62,007 nt of DNA from Acidobacteriota bacterium. GTDB taxonomy: Bacteria; Acidobacteriota; CAIWXX01. Positions 55,892 through 62,007 of the stretch are shown here, piece by piece. The stretch covers positions 1 through 62,007 of the forward strand of contig JBFMAF010000030.1 in NCBI GenBank assembly GCA_040755995.1, given 5' to 3'. The notes under the pieces are model-generated. The model was given only the letters and a program-made list of their open reading frames with translations, ran no database searches and was not told the DNA's origin. The translations under genes were made by a program, and so were the position numbers. Position 1 is the stretch's first letter. The number at the start of each line of letters is the position of its first letter.

Positions 55892-57391
55892 ATGAGGCGC
55901 AGGAGCGCGTCGTTGGAGCTCACCCTGTGGACGGCTGTCGTCATGACGGCGATCCTGGGGGGCTACGCGTGGTTCAGCCTCAGGTTGCAACGATCGTGGA
56001 TGTTGGAGGAGGTGCGGCGAGGCCTCCTGTTGGCCAGCGACACCCTCAACAACGGGTTGCGTTACGGGATGCAGGAGAACCGGCCGGAGGAGATCCTTGC
56101 GAGTATCCAGCGCGTGGCCCGGGAAACCCACATCCATCGCATTCGGATAATTGGGCACGGGGGTCAGCATATTCTGTCCACCAGCGGCGAGGAAAAGGGA
56201 GAGCGCCTCAACCCGGGATCTCCGGGTTGCATCATCTGCCACAGCAGCGCAGGCACGGTCACGCCGGCGAGCGCACTTGGCGCATCGGCACTCACAGTGC
56301 TCGACGGGAACACGCTGCGCGCGTTCAAGCCGGTTCCGAGCGAGCCCGGGTGCTTCACCGGCGGTTGTCACGCGCAGGATGTGCGCTGCGGCGTGCTCGG
56401 GCTCATCGAGTTGAGCCTGGACCTGGATGTCGTCGAGGAATCGATGGCGCGCCGGGAGCGACAACTTGGCGCGCTGGCGCTGGCAGCGAGCATCATCGGC
56501 GGCTGCGCTCTCTGGTTCGCCCTGTCCCGCCGGTTCCGTAAGCCCCTGCGGGAACTGCTTGCCGGGATCAGGCGGATCTCCGCGGGCGATCTCGAATATC
56601 GTATCCCGCTGCGCCGCCGGGATGAGCTGGGAGAGGTCGCCGAGTCCTTCAACAGTATGGGCGGGCAACTCGCAGCGGCGCAGCGAGGTCTGATCCAGTC
56701 CGAGCGCCTGATCTCGATGGGGAAGCTCGCCGCGGGAGTTGCACACGAGATCAACAACCCGCTCACCGGCATCCTCTCCTATGGCGAGGCGCTGCTCGAG
56801 GATACCGATCCAACCGATCCGCGGCACAAAGGATGCGAGATCGTCGTCCGGGAATCGCTTCGCTGCCGGGAAATCGTCCGCAAGCTGCTCGACTTCGCCC
56901 GCCAGAAGCCGTCCGAACGCGCCAACGTCAGGCCTGAGGATCTGATCCAGCGATCCATCGACGTCATCGTTCGCACGGCGGATTTCAGGAACATCCGCGT
57001 GGAGCAGTCGGTCGAAGAGGATCTTCCGCAGCTGCATGTGGATCCGGTCCAGATCCAGCAGGTACTTCTCAATCTCCTGGTGAACGCCCAGCAGGCGATG
57101 CCGCAAGGCGGCACGATCAGCGTGCAAGCGGCACGTTCGGACGGCGGCAGGCGCGTCGTCTTCGCTGTGAAGGACCAGGGCATTGGAATACCAGAGGAGA
57201 TCCGGACGAGGGTGTTCGAGCCCTTTTTCACCACCAAGGAGGGGAAATCTAGCGGCCTGGGACTCGCCGTCTGCCTCGGCATTGTCCAGCAACACGGCGG
57301 GAGCATCGAGGTGGAGAGCGGGGTGGGCAAGGGCACTACATTTCGCGTGTCACTGCCTGTCGCAGAAGCCCCGGGCAATTCGGCAGACTGA
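55892..57391 (+). CDS. NtrB-like sensor histidine kinase with periplasmic c-heme-binding motifs and HAMP
   Basis: CIICH (56228-56242) and CFTGGCH (56351-56371) between two TMs; RRDELGEVAESFN; AHEINNPL; NLLVNA; FEPFFTTK; GLGL. Confidence 0.92.
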   Translation: MRRRSASLELTLWTAVVMTAILGGYAWFSLRLQRSWMLEEVRRGLLLASDTLNNGLRYGMQENRPEEILASIQRVARETHIHRIRIIGHGGQHILSTSGEEKGERLNPGSPGCIICHSSAGTVTPASALGASALTVLDGNTLRAFKPVPSEPGCFTGGCHAQDVRCGVLGLIELSLDLDVVEESMARRERQLGALALAASIIGGCALWFALSRRFRKPLRELLAGIRRISAGDLEYRIPLRRRDELGEVAESFNSMGGQLAAAQRGLIQSERLISMGKLAAGVAHEINNPLTGILSYGEALLEDTDPTDPRHKGCEIVVRESLRCREIVRKLLDFARQKPSERANVRPEDLIQRSIDVIVRTADFRNIRVEQSVEEDLPQLHVDPVQIQQVLLNLLVNAQQAMPQGGTISVQAARSDGGRRVVFAVKDQGIGIPEEIRTRVFEPFFTTKEGKSSGLGLAVCLGIVQQHGGSIEVESGVGKGTTFRVSLPVAEAPGNSAD

Positions 57392-57402
57392 AGGAGAGTC
57401 GC

Positions 57403-58179
57403 ATGAGGCATCGTGTACTGGTCGTTGATGACGAAGAGGTGGTTCTGGGCGCCGTCAGCACGGCTCTCAGACACGACGATCTCCAGATAGAGACGTCGCA
57501 GAGTGCCGGCGAGGCGCTGGAACTGCTCGGCCGCCACTCCTACGACCTGGTCATCACCGACCTCATGATGCCGGGGATCGACGGCCTGGAGCTCCTGCAG
57601 CGCATTCGGGACGCGCGTGGGGGAACGCGGGCCATCATGATCACAGGATACCCTACGATCCGGACGGCGTTGATGGCGAAGCGTCTCGGCGCGAGCGAGT
57701 ACGTGACGAAGCCGTTCACACAGCAGGAGCTGCGGAGCGTGGTCGTGCGCGTGCTCCGCCAGGCACCCGAGAACACGGACGCGAACGAGAGGTCCTCGAC
57801 TCCGAGGGCAACGCGCCTCACCTACCAGATCCCTGGCCATTCGTGGCTTGCCATCGATTCGGCCAAGGTCGTCACTGTGGGTATGACTGCGCAGTTCGCC
57901 GCCTCGCTGGGCGTGATCGAGGGGCTGGGAATGCCGCGCGTTGGGACGGTCGTCGAGCAAGGGCGAGTGTGCCTGACGATTCGGGCGAAGGACGGCATCG
58001 AGCACAGCCTTCATTCCCCCGCCAGTGGACGAGTCCTGGAGGTCAACGATGCGGTCATCCGAGATCCCGGGATCGCGGAACGTGAGCCCGAAGGAGCCGG
58101 TTGGCTCCTCCGGCTACAGCCCGCATATCTCGACAGGGAACTCCAACGCCTGATGCCGATCGATCCCCAGATCCCGTGA
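57403..58179 (+). CDS. Response regulator: receiver domain fused to a glycine-cleavage-H-like domain
   Basis: LVVDDE, ITDLMMPGIDG, MITGY, TKPF; then HSWLAID...VTVGMT...LHSPASGRVLEVND...EPEGAGWLLRL. Confidence 0.88.
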   Translation: MRHRVLVVDDEEVVLGAVSTALRHDDLQIETSQSAGEALELLGRHSYDLVITDLMMPGIDGLELLQRIRDARGGTRAIMITGYPTIRTALMAKRLGASEYVTKPFTQQELRSVVVRVLRQAPENTDANERSSTPRATRLTYQIPGHSWLAIDSAKVVTVGMTAQFAASLGVIEGLGMPRVGTVVEQGRVCLTIRAKDGIEHSLHSPASGRVLEVNDAVIRDPGIAEREPEGAGWLLRLQPAYLDRELQRLMPIDPQIP

Positions 58180-58240
58180 CCCGTATTCGACATGGGTGCG
58201 CTTCACAGATGAGAAGATGCCGCCGCCGCTTTGTGGTCCC

Positions 58241-58269
58241 TTGATATGCGGCTTGTGCGCGTCGATAAT
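58241..58269 (+). promoter_or_regulatory. Putative sigma70 promoter of the SBP gene
   Basis: TTGATA-N17-GATAAT. Confidence 0.45.
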
Positions 58270-58408
58270 AGGCACGTGGTGGCCCTGCCGGAATCGAGCG
58301 CGCCGTGCTGCGCCGAGGAGCCTCGGGCTTGCGTCAGGCCAACGTCCCGGCTGTCATCACTTCCGCCACAGGAAAGGTGAGATGCCGATGCCTCCGGAAA
58401 GGAACGGT

Positions 58409-59953
58409 ATGGTCCATTCGATGGGGGTGCGGCTGCTGCGAATGGCTGCGCTCGCGGGGGCTGTGTGGCTTCCGCTTGCGGGCTGCCGAAGCTGCGGGCC
58501 CGTGCCGCGCGAGCTCGCCGTCATCCGGATCGGGATGGAGTCCGAGCCATTATCCCTCGACCCCGCCGCGCAGCAGGAGGCGGCGACGCACTCGATCCTC
58601 TCTAACATGTACGAGCCTCTCGTCGCGTTCGACAAGGACGAGCGGCTGGTCGCCGCCCTGGCGGCGTCCTGGGACAGCATCGGTGACCGCACGTGGCTCG
58701 TCCACCTCAGGAAGGACGTGCTATTCCACAATGGCGCGCCCTTCACCGCCGCAGACGTGAAGTACACGATCGAGCGCTACCGGGACGATCCCATCTCGGT
58801 CTTGCGCGGCCATCTTTCCAACATAGAGCGTGTCGACGTCGTCGACCGCATGACGGTCGCCCTCACCACACGCGAGCCGGAGCCGCTCCTCATGAACCGG
58901 CTCACCTACATCCTGATCCTGCCGGATTCGGGTCTGCCCGCCGTGCTCACCCACCCCGTCGGCACCGGACCCTACCGTTTCGTCAGCTGGCGGCGAGGAG
59001 GGTCGTTCGAGACCGAGGCCTACGCGGCCTACTGGGGAGGCAGGCCCGCCTTTGGTCGGGCCGTGTTCGTGACGGTGAAGGAAGGGCCGGACAGCCTGTC
59101 GGCCCTGCAAAGGGGCGAGGTGGATGTGCTCCGCTTCGTCCCCGAGACGATGATCGGGGCGGTGGAAACGACGCCTGGCCTCCGTCTGCTGTCCCGGCCG
59201 GGGCTGCTGTCGTACTACCTCTGGTTCAATCCGGCGCAGCAGCCCGGCGCGCCGCGCAACCCGTTCGCCGATCGGCGCGTGCGGAGGGCCATCTCGATGG
59301 CCGTCGACCGGACTGAGATCGTCGAGGCCCTGGGGGGGCGAGCTCTCCCTGCCAACCAGCTCGCCCAGAAGGGCGTGTTCGGTTACGTCGCGGGCCTGCC
59401 GGATCTCACCTTCGATCCCGACGAGGCTCGCCGGCTTCTCAGAGAGGCGGGCTACGAGGGCGGCTTCGAGACGAGGCTGACCCATCGTTCCCAGGCGATC
59501 ATTGATCTGGTGGCCCGCTTGCTGCGCGACATGCTGGGCAAGGTCGGCATCCGGGCCGCTATCGAGACGCCCGACTGGCCGACCGCCCTCACACGCTGGA
59601 GATCGGGCGACATCCCGTTCTTCCTGGCTGGATGGCGCTTCGAGGATGGCGAGGTGGAGAACTTCCTCCGGGACTGCCTGTTCACTCGCGAGCCGAGTCG
59701 GAACCTCGGCAGCTTCAACCCGGGCTACTCGAACCCCGAGCTGGACCGCTTGATCGCGCAGAGCGCCCACATGCTCGGGGAGAACGAACGTCTCGCACAC
59801 TACGAGACGCTGACGAGGCTCGCCCTGGACGACATGCCGCTGGTGCCTCTGTTCCACCGCTTCAACTTCTACGCCGCCGCGGCGGACATCCAGTGGGAGC
59901 CGCGGTTGGACGGCAAGCTGCTGGCCGCGGAGATGACTCGAAAGCGGCCCTGA
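58409..59953 (+). CDS. ABC transporter substrate-binding lipoprotein, family 5 (peptide/nickel)
   Basis: Lipobox LAGC; SLDP, FHNGAPFTAADVKYT, PVGTGPYRF, DRRVRRAISMAVDR, YSNPELDRLI. Start uncertain (58388-58442). Confidence 0.9.
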   Translation: MVHSMGVRLLRMAALAGAVWLPLAGCRSCGPVPRELAVIRIGMESEPLSLDPAAQQEAATHSILSNMYEPLVAFDKDERLVAALAASWDSIGDRTWLVHLRKDVLFHNGAPFTAADVKYTIERYRDDPISVLRGHLSNIERVDVVDRMTVALTTREPEPLLMNRLTYILILPDSGLPAVLTHPVGTGPYRFVSWRRGGSFETEAYAAYWGGRPAFGRAVFVTVKEGPDSLSALQRGEVDVLRFVPETMIGAVETTPGLRLLSRPGLLSYYLWFNPAQQPGAPRNPFADRRVRRAISMAVDRTEIVEALGGRALPANQLAQKGVFGYVAGLPDLTFDPDEARRLLREAGYEGGFETRLTHRSQAIIDLVARLLRDMLGKVGIRAAIETPDWPTALTRWRSGDIPFFLAGWRFEDGEVENFLRDCLFTREPSRNLGSFNPGYSNPELDRLIAQSAHMLGENERLAHYETLTRLALDDMPLVPLFHRFNFYAAAADIQWEPRLDGKLLAAEMTRKRP

Positions 59954-60029
59954 GCCGTGGTACTCCGGCAGCCTCACCGGCCGGCTCGGGCCCGCCGCTG
60001 GGCCACCTTCCTCCTGGCCAGGCGGACCC

Positions 60030-60038
60030 TGATATAAT
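60030..60038 (+). promoter_or_regulatory. Extended -10 promoter element upstream of sat
   Basis: TG-A-TATAAT. Confidence 0.45.
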
Positions 60039-60123
60039 CTGCGACCGGCAGTGTACGGGGATTTGACGAGACACGCCTTCCTGGCGGGGTCGCAGGTGGG
60101 GTGTCGAAGGAGGAGACGTAGCT

Positions 60124-61866
60124 GTGATTTCACATCTGGTGCAGCCGCACGGCGGTTCACTTGTGCAGCTTGTTGTGCCGGAAGGGCGAGCCGAGGAGCT
60201 CAGGGACCTACGCCGGATTCCGTCGTGGGATTTGACTCCCCGTCAACTCTGCGACCTGGACCTGCTCATGAACGGAGGATTTTCCCCTCTTCGGGGATTC
60301 GTGTGCCGCAAGGACTATGATTCGGTCTGCGCCCAAATGCGGCTTGCCAGCGGCGTCTTCTGGCCAATCCCCGTCACCCTCGACGTGACCAGGGAGGTGG
60401 CCGCGACCCTCAAGCCTGGCTCCATTCTCGCGTTGCGCGATCCCGACGGCCCGATGCTGGCCGCGTTGCATGTCGAGGACATCTGGGAACCCGACCTGAC
60501 GCGCGAGGCAGAGGAAATCTTCGGAACGAACAGCCTCGAACATCCGGGTGTCGCCTATCTGATGCAGAAGACAAACCCTTATTACGTGGGCGGCCGCATC
60601 GAAGGGGTGGCATCTCCCGACTTCTACGATTTTGTTCAGCTCCGCCTGACTCCGCTCGAGCTCCGGCAGCGATTCGCCTCGATGGGCTGGCACCGCATTA
60701 TCGCCTTCCAGACGCGAAACCCGATCCACCGGGCGCATCAGGAGTTGACCTTCCGCGCGGCGCGGGAGCTCGAAGCCAACCTGCTCATTCATCCCGTGGT
60801 CGGACAGACCAAGCCCGGCGACGTGGATCATTACACCCGCGTCCGATGCTACCAGGCGGTGACCAAGTACTACCAGCGCAACACGGTGATGCTCAGCCTC
60901 TTGCCGCTGGCGATGCGCATGGCCGGCCCAAGAGAAGCCTGCTGGCATGCGATCATTCGCAAGAACTACGGCTGCACGCATCTTATAGTAGGTAGAGATC
61001 ACGCGGGGCCGGGCGCTGATTCCAGCGGCAAGCCGTTCTACGGGCCGTACGAGGCCCAGGAGCTCTTCCGCCGCTACCAGAATGAAATAGGCGTGCAGAT
61101 GGTCGACTTCAAGAACATGGTCTACCTGGCGGACCTGGATACCTACGTGCCGGATAACGAAGTGCCGCCCGGCGTCCAGGTGAGGTCGCTCTCCGGCACA
61201 GAGCTGCGCGAACGGCTCGCCGCAGGCAGAGACATACCCTCGTGGTTCTCCTTCCCGGAGGTGGTGAGAGAGCTCTGGAGATCCTACCCGCCCCGCGCGC
61301 AACGCGGGTTCACAGTGTTCTTTACGGGCTTGCCGAGAAGCGGGAAGTCGACTCTCGCGAAGGTGCTGCTGGCTCGCCTGCTGGAACTTGGCGACCGGCC
61401 CGTCACGCTTCTGGACGGGGACATCGTGCGGAAGCAGCTTTCCTCCGAGCTGGGGTTTTCCAAAGAACACCGCGATCTCAATATCCGGCGCATCGGCTTC
61501 GTTGCCTCGGAGATCACCAAGAACCGCGGCGTGGCCATCTGCGCTCCCATTGCGCCGTATGATCAGACGAGGCGAGACGTCCGTGCAATGATCGAGGCAA
61601 CCAATGGAGGCTTCGTTCTCATATACGTGTCTACGCCAGTAGAGGTCTGCGAGAAACGAGACCGCACCGGCGTCTACTCGAGAGCCAGGGACGGGATCGT
61701 CAAGGATTTCACCGGTGTGTCCGGACCGTACGAGATCCCCAAAGATGCCGACCTCACCATCGACACCACCGACATGAACCCGGAGGAGTGCACGGAAGAA
61801 ATCATTCTCTATCTTCGGAAGCAGGGGTATGTGGATGCCGGGCGTGGAGCCCTGATCCCGCGCTAA
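60124..61866 (+). CDS. sat: Bifunctional sulfate adenylyltransferase / adenylylsulfate kinase
   Basis: PHGGSL, GGFSPLRGF, FQTRNPIHRAH, VGRDHAG; C-terminal FTGLPRSGKST, LLDGDIVR, FTGVSGPYE. RBS AGGAGG. Confidence 0.95.
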   Translation: MISHLVQPHGGSLVQLVVPEGRAEELRDLRRIPSWDLTPRQLCDLDLLMNGGFSPLRGFVCRKDYDSVCAQMRLASGVFWPIPVTLDVTREVAATLKPGSILALRDPDGPMLAALHVEDIWEPDLTREAEEIFGTNSLEHPGVAYLMQKTNPYYVGGRIEGVASPDFYDFVQLRLTPLELRQRFASMGWHRIIAFQTRNPIHRAHQELTFRAARELEANLLIHPVVGQTKPGDVDHYTRVRCYQAVTKYYQRNTVMLSLLPLAMRMAGPREACWHAIIRKNYGCTHLIVGRDHAGPGADSSGKPFYGPYEAQELFRRYQNEIGVQMVDFKNMVYLADLDTYVPDNEVPPGVQVRSLSGTELRERLAAGRDIPSWFSFPEVVRELWRSYPPRAQRGFTVFFTGLPRSGKSTLAKVLLARLLELGDRPVTLLDGDIVRKQLSSELGFSKEHRDLNIRRIGFVASEITKNRGVAICAPIAPYDQTRRDVRAMIEATNGGFVLIYVSTPVEVCEKRDRTGVYSRARDGIVKDFTGVSGPYEIPKDADLTIDTTDMNPEECTEEIILYLRKQGYVDAGRGALIPR

Positions 61867-61970
61867 GGCCGCATCTGCTGCGTTGCCTTCGTCGCTGCGG
61901 TGCTCACGTACCAGGGTGTACGCTGCGCTCCTCGCTCCTCGGCGCCTTGCACCTGCGGCCTTATCGCGGG
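61857..61970. repeat. MITE/REP-like structured element with terminal inverted repeats
   Basis: CCCGCG(c)TAAGGCCGCA...TGCGGCCTTA(t)CGCGGG with an internal CGTAC...GTACG palindrome; overlaps the sat stop codon. Confidence 0.6.
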
Positions 61971-62007
61971 CCAGGGCCCTCAGCGGTTTGCGCCGTTGGC
62001 GCTGATT

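Noticed and set aside
54863..57295. 810-aa minus-strand ORF (also 52095-53534, 58721-60160, 45852-47234 and similar)
   Set aside because: Antisense shadows of well-supported genes in GC-rich DNA; no recognisable motifs.
1..62007. tRNA, rRNA, integrase or prophage genes
   Set aside because: None recognised by eye; tRNAscan-SE/Infernal would be needed to exclude small RNAs.

Overview
GC-rich bacterial DNA. The gene families (FG-GAP, BNR and IPT/TIG secreted proteins, Reg_prop/Y_Y_Y kinase) are suggestive of Acidobacteriota, but this is inference only. No rRNA, tRNA or CRISPR array was found. (1) 1-8.2 kb is a defence island: a possible IS end, a truncated helicase tail, a 63-aa protein coupled to a Rad50/SMC-type ABC ATPase with a C-terminal HEPN-like RxxxxxH motif and Zn ribbon (RloC-like), an unknown-domain/PD-(D/E)xK nuclease fusion, and a BsuBI/PstI-type R-M pair. 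(2) 8.3-16.7 kb holds a NarL-type regulator and a propeller sensor kinase flanked by two secreted beta-propeller genes; the regulator and both propeller genes carry the same palindromic box upstream. (3) 17-23.5 kb holds an OmpR-type two-component system with three copies of one promoter element in front of an OM beta-barrel, a secreted protein/TonB pair and a Spy/CpxP-like gene (Cpx-like local regulon). (4) 23.6-29 kb has two ATPase-nuclease genes, a CPBP protease and hypotheticals. (5) 29.5-45.9 kb contains a duplicated block (A-domain, MMPL, hydrolase, ECF-linked protein) whose two copies decayed reciprocally, separated by a phosphoesterase/PLD/lipase cassette and long perfect palindromes, plus vapBC. 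(6) 46-54.5 kb has an FG-GAP protein, an AAA_21 ATPase + TOPRIM pair with one in-frame TGA, a DCC1-like protein and an RND pump. (7) 54.9-62 kb has an operon of an atypical protein kinase, a c-heme-motif histidine kinase and a receiver-GcvH-like fusion, followed by an orphan ABC substrate-binding lipoprotein, bifunctional Sat/CysC and a MITE/REP-like repeat.
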